From Myxococcales bacterium (lineage in GTDB: Bacteria; Myxococcota_A; Polyangia; Polyangiales; DASUME01), in assembly GCA_047601445.1 (NCBI GenBank), contig JASGJH010000001.1, positions 8,608,001 through 8,672,000 on the forward strand: a stretch of 64,000 bases of DNA. Reading direction: 5' to 3'. Below the pieces are notes generated by a model, which saw only the letters and a program-made list of their open reading frames with translations, had not been told where the DNA came from and did no database searches. Each line of letters starts with the position of its first letter. Positions within the stretch are counted from its first letter, which is position 1. Position numbers and translations under genes: made by a program. Of this stretch, positions 28,242 to 37,170 are shown one piece after another.

Positions 28242-31200
28242 ACCACGGCACAGCGCGCGCGAGGAATCTGCCCGTAGCGGTGGTACTCCACGCTCACGCT
28301 CTGCTCGCGCACGTAGTGCAAAAGCTCGAGACGTCCGCTGTCGAGCACCGGCGCGTCGGCGATGTGGACTCCGAACTCGGCCGCCAGTGCGTCATGCTCG
28401 GGCGTGCGCGCGCCCACCAGGCGCACGCGCGATCCTTCGTGTAGCAGACGTCGCAAGGACGGCGTCTCTCCGAGCTGCACCGGGAAGCCGAACAGGGAGC
28501 TGTCGAGCGGGCCCGCGAAGGAGGGGCTCATGGACAGCGTGAGCTGCGCTCCTGCCAGGCGCGCGGCCAGCGCACTCGCCGCCACATCGACCAGGGACGC
28601 CGTGGCCTCCACGCGCAGGTACATGTTGAGCTCGGGCAGATAACGGAAGTAGTTGTCCTGGCCCAGCACGCGCGAGGGATCGTGCAGCAGCGTGAAGTGC
28701 TGCTGCCAGGCTTGGGCGTAGTCCGCGAGCCGGTCGCGCAGACGCGCGAATTGCGCGGCCGCGAGGAGGGGTCGATAGGGGAGGAGCCAGGGAAGAAACT
28801 CGTTTGCCAGCGGGATCGCCCGGGCGGATTCGCCGGGGCTCGCCTGCACCCTGCACAACTGCATCACGTAGTTCGGGCCGCCGGCCTTGGCACCCGGTCC
28901 GAACCCGGACTTCCCGAGTCCGCCGAAGGGCTGGCGCTGCACGACGGCCCCCGTGGTGGTGCGGTTGACGTAGATGTTCCCCGCCGCGATAGTCCGCACG
29001 AACAGGGCCTGCTCCCGTTCGTCGAGGCTCGCAAGCCCCGCAGTGAGACCGTACCCCGTGGCGTTGGCGAGCGAGATGGCATCGGGCAGGTCCCGCGCGC
29101 GCATCACGGCCAACACGGGACCGAACAACTCGGTGCGATGGGTGAAGCTCCCCGCTTGCACTCCGAGCTTCACACCGGGCGTCACGAGGCGCGGATTTTC
29201 GGGCGTGATGCGCGGCTCCACGAGCCAGCTCTCGCCCGGCTCGAGCTGTTCTATGGCACGCAGCAGCGGGCCAGCAGGTGGATGGATCAACGGCGTCACG
29301 AAGCTGCGAGGTTCCCAGGCGGCATCCACGGGCAAGCTCTGCACCGCATCCTTGAGCGTGGCCAAGAAGCGCGGATCGTCGTGCACCTCGGCCTCCAGGA
29401 TGAGCAAGCTCGCGGCGCTACATTTCTGCCCCGCGTGTCCAAAGGCCGAGTACACCGCGTCGGCGATGGCCTGATCGCGGTCCGACATGGCGCTCACGAT
29501 GTACGCGTTTTTGCCGCCGGTCTCGGCCAGCAGGTGGAGTCCCGGCTTGAGCCGCTGAAATAGGCGCGCCGTGTCGGTCGCGCCCGTGAGGATCACCGCG
29601 TCCACGCGCGCATCGCGGATCAGCGCACTGCCCGCGTCGTCGTCGCACAGCACGAGCTGCAGGGCCTCCCGGGGGACGCCTGCGGCATGCATCAGTTCGA
29701 CCAACCTCGTCGCGATCAAGGCGGTTTCGAGCGCGGGCTTGAGGATGACGCGATTGCCCGCCATCAGCGCGGCCAGGACGCCACCTGCGGGGATGGCGAG
29801 CGGGAAATTCCAGGGTGGCGTGACGACCACAACGCCGCGCGGCACGACCTGTTCTGGGACCTCCCGCAGCAGGCGCAGGAAGCTCAGTCGGTAGTACTCG
29901 GCAAAGTCGACGGCCTCCGAGACCTCCACGTCGGCCTCGCCAACGCGCTTGCCCGCGTCAGCCACCATCAGGCCGATCAACTCGCCGCGCGCCGACCGCA
30001 GGGCTTGGGCCACGTTCCGCAAGAGAGCGCTCCGACTCCTCGCGGAGCTCGCCGAAAACCCGAGGCGATCCTCGGCGGCACAGTGCAGCGCAGCTTCGAC
30101 CGAGGCGGCGTCGGCGAGCGCCACCTCGTAGAGCGTAACCCCCGGGCGCGACGGATCGACTCCCGCACGCAGCACCCCGCGATCGTGGCGTTGCCCATCG
30201 ATCAGCGAACCGATGCGCTTGCCGGAGAGCTCGCGCGTGCGGGTGAGCGCGCTGGCGACCCAGGCTCGGTTCGCGGCGCGTGAGAAGTCGGTATCGGGCT
30301 CGTTGCGGAAGTCGGGCTCTCCCTGCGCCCGCGCGCTGAACCGTTCGCAGGTGCGGTCGAAGCTCGGCTCGCCTTTGCGTCGCGGCCGTTCCTCGACCTG
30401 GTCCATGGCTTCGATGGAAGCGCGAAAGCGGCGCCGCTCGCGCTCGAAGCCCTCGTCGTGGGGTTGCATGCCGAAGCTGGCGCTCAGGAAATTGTCGCCC
30501 GAGGTGTTCTCCTCGAGCCGTCGAACCAGATAGGCAATGCCCGTGTTCAGGTCGTCGTCGTCGCAGACGGGAGCATACACGAGCACGTCCACCCCGAGCG
30601 CCGTCAGAGTTCGTCGCAACGGGTCGGCCATGCCTTCGAGCATCTCGATCCCCACGCTCGCGCCAGCGTCGTGCTCGCGCGCCAGCAACAATGCGTAGGC
30701 CACGTCGAACAAGTTGTGGCTCGCGACGCCGAGCGTCACGGCGGCCAGGGCGCCTTCGGAGACGGCTTGCTCGAGCAACTGCTTGTAGTTCGCGTCGACT
30801 TCGACCTTGCGTTCGAAGATGGGCACCGCGACGCCCCCCTTCGCGCTCTCCACGCGTTCCGCCGCGAGGTTCGCTCCCTTCACGATCCGCAGGCGCAGTG
30901 CTGCTCCGCCCTGTCTGCATCTGCGCGCGGCCCATTGTGTGAGCGCGCGCTGCCACGCACCCGAGTCCGGCAGATAGGCTTGCAGCACCACCCCCGCGCG
31001 CACCGCATCGAGCTCGCGCGACTCGAGCGCGCGCTCCAGGACGGCCAGCGTGAGCTCGGCATGTCGGTACGCTTCCATGTCGAGCATCACCACTGGAGGA
31101 CCACCCGCGCGCTCCAGGCTCGCCCGGTAGATGCGGGCCAACCGGGCGCTGAGCGTGCTGACGCAGTCGTCGAAGGCGAGCGGTTGAAGCTGGCTGCCGA

Positions 31201-31819
31201 TCGAGGACACCTTGACGCTCAATGCGTCGACCGGGAGCTCGCGCGCGATGGCGCAGTACTTCTCGACCCGCTCCTCCGCGGCTCGCTCCCCCAGCAGGGC
31301 CTCCCCGAGTTGATTCAGGTTCACCCGGGTGTGTTCGCGGTGACGCACCCCCAACAGTGCCCGGACCGCCTCGGGGTGAGCCGACAACAACAAATCCCGG
31401 GTCTCTTCCCGGATGCGTCCGCGAGTCCCCGCCACCACCACCCCGGGGAGTACCCCCGCCAGCTGGCTCGCCGCGAAGAGCTGCACGCGCTCCCAGGCAT
31501 CCAGGTACCTCGGGACACCGTAGCGACCGACCAGCTGGCGCAGCTCCTGTGCCACTCGCGCGGACTTGTCACTCCGGTAGGCCCTGTCCGTGAGCTGGGT
31601 GGTGAAGGTCAGCCCGGCGGGGTCCCGCATCAGCCTGCCCAGGCTGCGGGCCCGCGCCCGGTCGCTCTCGCCCTGGAACCACCGGCTCGCCGCCAGCAGC
31701 GTCGCGGCCAGCCGTTCGGCCAACTCGGCGCGCTCCTTGCGAGAACAGGCTCGACCCGCCCCGGCGTCGAGCAGACGCCGGGCCTCGTCGAGGGGGGGGT
31801 AGTGGGCAGCTCGTGCCAT
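28226..31819 (-). CDS. putA: Bifunctional proline dehydrogenase / glutamate-semialdehyde (P5C) dehydrogenase
   Basis: LDMEAY, VVLQAYL, LRIVKGANL, VASHNLFD, YLVRRLEEN; ALDH half PPWNFPLAI, AETGGKN, GHAGQKCSA, ELFGPVL, AKAGGPNY. Confidence 0.95.
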   Translation of the reverse strand: MARAAHYPPLDEARRLLDAGAGRACSRKERAELAERLAATLLAASRWFQGESDRARARSLGRLMRDPAGLTFTTQLTDRAYRSDKSARVAQELRQLVGRYGVPRYLDAWERVQLFAASQLAGVLPGVVVAGTRGRIREETRDLLLSAHPEAVRALLGVRHREHTRVNLNQLGEALLGERAAEERVEKYCAIARELPVDALSVKVSSIGSQLQPLAFDDCVSTLSARLARIYRASLERAGGPPVVMLDMEAYRHAELTLAVLERALESRELDAVRAGVVLQAYLPDSGAWQRALTQWAARRCRQGGAALRLRIVKGANLAAERVESAKGGVAVPIFERKVEVDANYKQLLEQAVSEGALAAVTLGVASHNLFDVAYALLLAREHDAGASVGIEMLEGMADPLRRTLTALGVDVLVYAPVCDDDDLNTGIAYLVRRLEENTSGDNFLSASFGMQPHDEGFERERRRFRASIEAMDQVEERPRRKGEPSFDRTCERFSARAQGEPDFRNEPDTDFSRAANRAWVASALTRTRELSGKRIGSLIDGQRHDRGVLRAGVDPSRPGVTLYEVALADAASVEAALHCAAEDRLGFSASSARSRSALLRNVAQALRSARGELIGLMVADAGKRVGEADVEVSEAVDFAEYYRLSFLRLLREVPEQVVPRGVVVVTPPWNFPLAIPAGGVLAALMAGNRVILKPALETALIATRLVELMHAAGVPREALQLVLCDDDAGSALIRDARVDAVILTGATDTARLFQRLKPGLHLLAETGGKNAYIVSAMSDRDQAIADAVYSAFGHAGQKCSAASLLILEAEVHDDPRFLATLKDAVQSLPVDAAWEPRSFVTPLIHPPAGPLLRAIEQLEPGESWLVEPRITPENPRLVTPGVKLGVQAGSFTHRTELFGPVLAVMRARDLPDAISLANATGYGLTAGLASLDEREQALFVRTIAAGNIYVNRTTTGAVVQRQPFGGLGKSGFGPGAKAGGPNYVMQLCRVQASPGESARAIPLANEFLPWLLPYRPLLAAAQFARLRDRLADYAQAWQQHFTLLHDPSRVLGQDNYFRYLPELNMYLRVEATASLVDVAASALAARLAGAQLTLSMSPSFAGPLDSSLFGFPVQLGETPSLRRLLHEGSRVRLVGARTPEHDALAAEFGVHIADAPVLDSGRLELLHYVREQSVSVEYHRYGQIPRARCAVVQPWK

Positions 31820-31977
31820 ACGGGGGCCCAGGACCGTCCAGGGTTGCGTGCTCCGGCCTGGTTTCCTCATGATAACCATGGGAAAGCCCGCTTGGCACCG
31901 ACGCTCTCGAGGCCGCGCTGGGGGCGCCCCCTCGGGCTGTAGACGGGCCCACAAAGCAGGTCACCCTGAGAAGGGGT

Positions 31978-32038
31978 TAGGCAAATGTTGCGCTTCCGGG
32001 GTTAGGCAACTCTTGCTTAGCTGGGCAGGAGTTGCCCA
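31978..32038. promoter_or_regulatory. Three GCA-N5-TGC palindromic boxes (putative activator sites)
   Basis: TAGGCAAATGTTGCGCT (31978), TAGGCAACTCTTGCTTA (32003), TGGGCAGGAGTTGCCCA (32022); spacing 25 and 19 bp. Confidence 0.6.
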
Positions 32039-32078
32039 GAAAAGGCTGCCAACACACGCAAAACGGGCCTATTTTCGC

Positions 32079-32094
32079 TGGCATAACGGTTGCA
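32079..32094 (+). promoter_or_regulatory. sigma54 (-24/-12) promoter
   Basis: TGGCATAACGGTTGCA matches TGGCAC-N5-TTGC, ~55 bp before the ATG at 32149. Confidence 0.75.
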
Positions 32095-32148
32095 GCGCCG
32101 TGAGTTACCGCCCTCAGACGGCAACTCCCACTAACCCCCGGTGCTCCC

Positions 32149-32838
32149 ATGTTCCAGCGCGGCTTTTTCTTGTTGGTCATTCGCGATGACGGTCTTGCTC
32201 AATCCCTGAGCGAGCCGATCCAGCGCTACAGCGTGGTTCGACGTGCTCGCTCCTATCGCGAGGCGCTCACCATGCTGGTGCCGCGCGCCCGTTGGTCCGG
32301 CCTGGTGGTCGACCTGGACGGGTTCGACGCCAACCCGCTCGAGACCATGAAGTGCATGCGCGAAGCTCACCCGCTGGTCCCCGTGCTGGCGCTCGCGTCC
32401 ACGGCGGTGCCCGAGTTGATCAACGGCCTGCACGCCTACCGCGCCGAGTTGGTGCTCAAGCCGCTCGGTGAGACCAACATCATCAGCTTCGTCCAGCGCG
32501 CGCTGGTGAGTGGCTGGTTGCCCGACGAGCGCGTCGCGGCGTGGGTGGATGAGCTGGCCCGTCGTCGCAGCCTGACGCCTCGCGAAGTTCAGCTGGTGGC
32601 CTACGCCCTCGGCAACGAGTCGCGCCAGAAGGTCATCCGTCGTCTCGGCATCAGCGAGAACACGCTGAAGACGCAGGTCCGCGCGCTGCTCCGCAAGTGC
32701 AACGCACGCTCCATGGACAGCCTGGCCAAGGTGGTCCTGCGCGACGCCCTGGTGTTCGAGACCTTGCCCGACGAGTCCAACGAGGAAGAGGAGATTTTCG
32801 AGGAGACCCCGGCGCCTGATCTCGTTGTCAGCGCCTGA
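32149..32838 (+). CDS. Atypical receiver + LuxR-type HTH transcriptional regulator
   Basis: Receiver-like FLLVIRDD...LVVDL...LVLKP; HTH LTPREVQLV..ALGN..LGISENTLKTQVRALLRK. Confidence 0.85.
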   Translation: MFQRGFFLLVIRDDGLAQSLSEPIQRYSVVRRARSYREALTMLVPRARWSGLVVDLDGFDANPLETMKCMREAHPLVPVLALASTAVPELINGLHAYRAELVLKPLGETNIISFVQRALVSGWLPDERVAAWVDELARRRSLTPREVQLVAYALGNESRQKVIRRLGISENTLKTQVRALLRKCNARSMDSLAKVVLRDALVFETLPDESNEEEEIFEETPAPDLVVSA

Positions 32839-32876
32839 GCGAGTCGTCGCTTCGAGCGGGCGTCTTACGCTCCAGG

Positions 32877-32979
32877 AAGGCCGCATGCACACGCTGCACG
32901 CGGCCTTTTCTTTTGAGCTCGCATTTCACACGAAAGGCCGCATGCACACGTTGGATGCGGCTCTTCTCTTTTGCGCTCG
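32877..32979 (+). repeat. Two tandem ~45-bp direct repeats, each a hairpin plus U-tract (double intrinsic terminator)
   Basis: AAGGCCGCATGCACACG exact at 32877 and 32934 (period 57); each folds GGCCGCATGCA/TGsAyGCGGCy followed by a T-rich run. Confidence 0.8.
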
Positions 32980-33040
32980 GCAAGAACCCGCTCGACACCG
33001 CGCTTTGGGACCTGCGCACAGCGGGGTACGCAAGGTACGT

Positions 33041-33120
33041 CGAGCAAGTTTTGCGCGAGTTCGCGAAGCTTGCTCAGAACGGGCTCATTTGGGGGCATTT
33101 TGTTCGGCACGGTCGTTGCG
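33041..33120 (+). promoter_or_regulatory. Two GCR-N5-TGC boxes plus sigma54 promoter
   Basis: CGAGCAAGTTTTGCGCG (33041), TTCGCGAAGCTTGCTCA (33060), 19 bp apart; CGGCACGGTCGTTGCG at 33105-33120. Confidence 0.7.
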
Positions 33121-33191
33121 AAGGAGTCCAATCACGAAGCCGATGACCTCGGCGACAACCTCCCAACCCGAACTACGTTCCAGAGGCTACC

Positions 33192-33860
33192 ATGACCGTC
33201 CGAAATCGTGATCTGTTCCTGCTCGTGAGTGACGACGCCCTGCTCGTGCGCACGCTGACTCAGCTCACGGCGGATCGCGCGGAGCTCGTCGATGGAAAAG
33301 CAGCCGACGAGATGAGCCGCGACGACCGCGCTCGCGTGCGCGCCGTATTCGTGGATGGGGCGCTCTTCAAGCAGAACGCGGTGCGCGAGCTCACTCGCCT
33401 GCGCAACAGCTTCCCGCTCGCTCACATGATGTTCATCGCCACGCCGGCGCAGACGCACCTGCTCAACGAGATCCAGCCGATGCGCGTGGAGCTCTTCGCG
33501 CGGCCTCTGCCGCAGAGTGCGTTGGTGCCGTTCATCGATCGCGCCCTGTCTGCCGGTCGCTTGTCGGACCGCAGCATGCGCGCCTGGATCGAAGAGATGG
33601 CGGGAGAGTGCCGGCTCACGCGTCGCGACGTCGACCTGATGCCGCTGGTGCTCGAGGAGGAGACGCCCGACGCGACGTGCGCACGCTTGGGACTCGACGA
33701 GGCCGCGCTGCAGCGCTCACTCCGCAGGCTCGTGAAGAAGTGCCGCGTGCGCAACACCGATCGCCTCGCGAAGAACATGATGCGCGACGCGCTCCTGTTC
33801 AGCCGCGAGCTCACGGCTGACCTGATCGAGCCGATGGCGGCGCGCGCTGCTTCCTTCTGA
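33192..33860 (+). CDS. Degenerate receiver + LuxR-like HTH regulator, paralog of the upstream gene
   Basis: FLLVSDD, VFVDG, ELFARP (Lys replaced by Arg); FIDRALSAGRLSD matches FVQRALVSGWLPD; LVKKCRVRNTDRLAKNMMRDALLF matches LLRKCNARSMDSLAKVVLRDALVF. Confidence 0.82.
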   Translation: MTVRNRDLFLLVSDDALLVRTLTQLTADRAELVDGKAADEMSRDDRARVRAVFVDGALFKQNAVRELTRLRNSFPLAHMMFIATPAQTHLLNEIQPMRVELFARPLPQSALVPFIDRALSAGRLSDRSMRAWIEEMAGECRLTRRDVDLMPLVLEEETPDATCARLGLDEAALQRSLRRLVKKCRVRNTDRLAKNMMRDALLFSRELTADLIEPMAARAASF

Positions 33861-33919
33861 GCGCGTTGCACACGGGGCGTTCTCCCTGCAGGATCCCGGT
33901 CCTGGTAGTCGGAGGCCTC

Positions 33920-34801
33920 ATGAGCAAAGTACTCGAAGAGCTGGTCCAGCAACTGGCACTCGAGCGCATCGAAGAAAATCTGTTTCGCGGCCAGAGCCAA
34001 GACTTGGGCTGGGGGCGCGTGTTCGGTGGACAAGTGCTGGGGCAAGCGCTCTCGGCGGCCGTCCAGACCGTGCCTCAGGAACGCAAGGTGCACTCGCTGC
34101 ACTCGTATTTCCTGCGACCCGGCAACGTGAACAAGCCCATCGTTTACGAAGTGGATCGCATTCGTGATGGCGGTTCGTTCACCACCCGGCGCGTCGTCGC
34201 GGTTCAGGGGGGCAAGCCGATCTTCAACATGCAGGCCTCCTTCCACGTTCCCGAGCCCGGCTTCGATCACCAGGACATCATGCCGGAGGCGCCGCCCCCC
34301 GACGGGCTCAAGAGCGAGCACGAGCGGATGGACGAGCGCACCAAGCACTGGTCCGAGTCCATGCGCTCGAAGGTGCTCGCACCACGGCCCTTCGAGCTGC
34401 GCCCCACCGACCCCGACGACGATCCATTCGTGATTACACCGCGGCCGCCCAAGCGCTCGATCTGGATCCGCGCCGCCGCACGTTTGCCCGATGACGACGC
34501 GCTGCACGCCTATCTGCTGGCCTACGTGTCCGACTTTTCGTTCGTGAGCACTGCCCTCCTGCCGCACGGAGTGACCTGGATGGCGACGCCCGGGATGCAC
34601 ATCGCGAGTCTCGACCACATCATGTGGTTTCACAGACCGTTCCGCGTGGACGAGTGGCTGCTCTACGACATCGAGAGTCCTTCGGCGCGCGGAGCCCGAG
34701 GTCTCGTTCACGGGCGTGTGTTTACGCAAGACGGGCGCTTGGTGGCTTCCACGGCGCAGGAAGGTTTGCTGCGCTACCGTCCGCCCTCGCCGCAGGGCTG
34801 A
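33920..34801 (+). CDS. tesB: Acyl-CoA thioesterase II
   Basis: RBS GGAGG; LERIEENLFRGQS, VFGGQVLGQAL, VHSLHSYFLRPG, LAYVSDF, ASLDHIMWFHR, ASTAQEGL. Confidence 0.95.
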   Translation: MSKVLEELVQQLALERIEENLFRGQSQDLGWGRVFGGQVLGQALSAAVQTVPQERKVHSLHSYFLRPGNVNKPIVYEVDRIRDGGSFTTRRVVAVQGGKPIFNMQASFHVPEPGFDHQDIMPEAPPPDGLKSEHERMDERTKHWSESMRSKVLAPRPFELRPTDPDDDPFVITPRPPKRSIWIRAAARLPDDDALHAYLLAYVSDFSFVSTALLPHGVTWMATPGMHIASLDHIMWFHRPFRVDEWLLYDIESPSARGARGLVHGRVFTQDGRLVASTAQEGLLRYRPPSPQG

Positions 34802-34868
34802 GCACGTCACCCCCAACCGTCACGTGCAGGATCGGGATCACGAGCCCTTCTTGGGGTAGATTCTTCCT

Positions 34869-35417
34869 ATGACCTCCATTCGTCGTCACTTGGGCGCACT
34901 GCTCGGGGCCATGGCCGCTGCGCTATGGGCCGGCGCTGCGGGCGAGCTGCATGCGCAGGACAGCCAAAGCAAGAGCAACAAGCCCCTGGCGTGCGCGGTG
35001 GTCGGCACGGGGAGTACCGAGCGCTCCGAGCAGCTTTGTCTGGGCTTGGGCCAGCAGCTCGGCCGCCATACCGTGTTGGTCGACGATGGCAGCAACGTGC
35101 GTCGCGGTGAGTCCATCCACATCGTGCAGGGCGACGTCGCGTGGACCGTGGTGTGGCTGAAGGACGGCAGTCCGCGCGCCTTCACGCGTGTATCAGCGGT
35201 CGACGCCGCGGGGCGTGAGGTGCTGTTCTTGGCCCGCGCCTCGCGCGTGCTCAGTCGCGAGGCCAACAAGCCTACGGCTGGCTGCGTGCGTGTGGAGCCC
35301 AATGGTGGGCGCGTCATGCGCTCGCCGGACCTCGCCTATCCCTGGGTTAGCCTCAAGCGTTGTCGAGCCGAGGTGGTCGATGTGATCGACCCCTGGTGGA
35401 CCTCGCCGCACGGCTGA
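34869..35417 (+). CDS. Hypothetical secreted protein
   Basis: Signal peptide MTSIRRHLGALLGAMAAALWAGAAG; four Cys; fills the gap between tesB and the convergent hydrolase. Confidence 0.62.
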   Translation: MTSIRRHLGALLGAMAAALWAGAAGELHAQDSQSKSNKPLACAVVGTGSTERSEQLCLGLGQQLGRHTVLVDDGSNVRRGESIHIVQGDVAWTVVWLKDGSPRAFTRVSAVDAAGREVLFLARASRVLSREANKPTAGCVRVEPNGGRVMRSPDLAYPWVSLKRCRAEVVDVIDPWWTSPHG

Positions 35418-35438
35418 CTTCCTGCGATTGGGTTCGCT

Positions 35439-36650
35439 CTACTGAGCGGCGATCTCGGTGCTGCTGGGCGCGACTTCGCCGATGGCGACCGACGCGATAT
35501 GCGCAGCGACGAGACCCCACAAATGGAAGAACTCGTCGTCGCCGAAGTGCGCACCCGAGCGGAAAAGTCCGCCACGTTGACAGAGCTCTGGTGCGAGCGG
35601 AGAGCGCCGGTCGTAGTAGCCCAGGACGTCGGCGTGGTCGGCGATGACCAGAGCAGCGAGGGCATGCTCCTGGTTCGTGCGCGTGGTCAGCAGCTGGCGT
35701 ACCGCGTTCACGATTCCGTCGTTGGCCGATAGATCGAAGGCCGGAACGCGGGCACTCGGATGCCGCACCACGCGGTCTGCGGACACGCCTCGCAGCAGCT
35801 TCTGGGCTTGAACCAAGGCGAGCGGCGCGTCCACCAAGCTTCGCGAACCAGTGAGTGAATGCAGCGCCGCGAACAAGCGGTCGGGTTGGCGTAGAACGCC
35901 GCCCTCTTCCGTGGTGAGCTCAGGCGCGCTGACGACGATGCTCTGCACGCTGGCCTCGAGCGCTGGGTCCGGAGGATTGTGGGCGCGGAGTGCCTGCATC
36001 GAATGCGGCATCAGCTCCGACATCAAGGTGCCTTCGCGCAGCAGCTTGAACATCAGGGGCAGAGCGCCGAGCGCGTTGTCGCGCCTGGGCCGCCGCAACC
36101 GCGTCAGCAGCTCTCGGATCAGCGAACTGGCTACGCCTGCGACTTGACGCAGGCCTTGCATGTCGAGGCTCTGTGGCCGTTGGCGTCCCGCGAGCAGCGG
36201 CTGCTCGGCCAAGTGGGTGCCGTAGTGAGGAGCCCCGATGGTCAACACGGACGTCACTCGCTCTCGCAGATGGGACGGATCGAGATCGTGCCAGGTGGCT
36301 CCCGTCTTCAACGGCAAGGTCGCCGTCAGCAGCTCCGCGTCGACCCCGCCAGGGCCGTGTCCCACGAGGTGGAACTGACGCACGCCACGCAGTGCGCCAT
36401 CGAGGGCCTCGAGGTGTCGCAGCAGCTGCCGCTGTCGCGTCGCAAAGTTGCAGGCGTTGCTAGCGGGCAGCGAAACCACCGGGATCGGCAGTCCGCAGTG
36501 GGCCTCGAGGGCGGCGCGCAGGATGCCAGCCACGCGCGCGTTCGCTTCACCACGCTCGCCCGCTCGCGTGAGGACGCTCCCAGCGCCCGGAGCGAAATCG
36601 AGGAACCCGGGAACGAGTACGACCACGTGCTGACGTGCACCGACGGCCAT
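35439..36650 (-). CDS. Lipase/esterase-family alpha/beta hydrolase homolog lacking the nucleophile Ser
   Basis: VVLVPGF, HLVGHGPGGVDA (normally GHSxGG), VLTIGAPHYGT, NDGIV, ADHADVLG. Confidence 0.8.
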   Translation of the reverse strand: MAVGARQHVVVLVPGFLDFAPGAGSVLTRAGERGEANARVAGILRAALEAHCGLPIPVVSLPASNACNFATRQRQLLRHLEALDGALRGVRQFHLVGHGPGGVDAELLTATLPLKTGATWHDLDPSHLRERVTSVLTIGAPHYGTHLAEQPLLAGRQRPQSLDMQGLRQVAGVASSLIRELLTRLRRPRRDNALGALPLMFKLLREGTLMSELMPHSMQALRAHNPPDPALEASVQSIVVSAPELTTEEGGVLRQPDRLFAALHSLTGSRSLVDAPLALVQAQKLLRGVSADRVVRHPSARVPAFDLSANDGIVNAVRQLLTTRTNQEHALAALVIADHADVLGYYDRRSPLAPELCQRGGLFRSGAHFGDDEFFHLWGLVAAHIASVAIGEVAPSSTEIAAQ

Positions 36651-37069
36651 GAAGATCCTCTTCTTCTGCCTGGGCGAAGCTGCCCTGGGCTCTGCGGGGG
36701 CGCTGAAGGGCTGCCCTGTCGTCCCCGTGACCGCGCTCAATGGGCCCAAAAGTGGCTCAAACGGGTCATCTAAGCGAAGCTAACCGTGCGCCTCCGGCGT
36801 GTCAAACGCCGTCTACGCTTCGAATGGGCCATGCTTTCTCGCACACGCCGGGTTGGGAACGGCTGAAGTTCACGCTGCGAGTTCCGCCGGAGCACACGGA
36901 GTCTGACCCGGCAATAGTTCCAAGATTGGAGCAAAATACGGCCCTCCGAGCCCCTGTCTCGGGACCGTATGCAGGCTTGCGTGCAGCTGGCTGGCGGCGG
37001 GGCGAAACCGTGAGAAGCATCGCTCTTTAGCCGTTGCCTGCTGGCTTGGATGCGGGCCCAAGCTAGCGT

Positions 37070-37085
37070 GGGCAGGTAGCTTGCA
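37070..37085 (+). promoter_or_regulatory. Possible sigma54 promoter upstream of fabH-like gene
   Basis: GGGCAGGTAGCTTGCA (GG-N10-GC); core differs by one base from the promoter at 59550. Confidence 0.45.
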
Positions 37086-37170
37086 AAGGCCGCTCGGTTG
37101 CGTGTGCAGGCATGCGCTTTGTCGGGTGCCCGCGATGGTGCTGAACTATATTGCTCGCTCACGAGGGAAG

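Noticed and set aside
32877..32979. Possible mini CRISPR array
   Set aside because: Only two units, ~12-nt spacer, terminator-like U-tracts, and no cas genes in the window.
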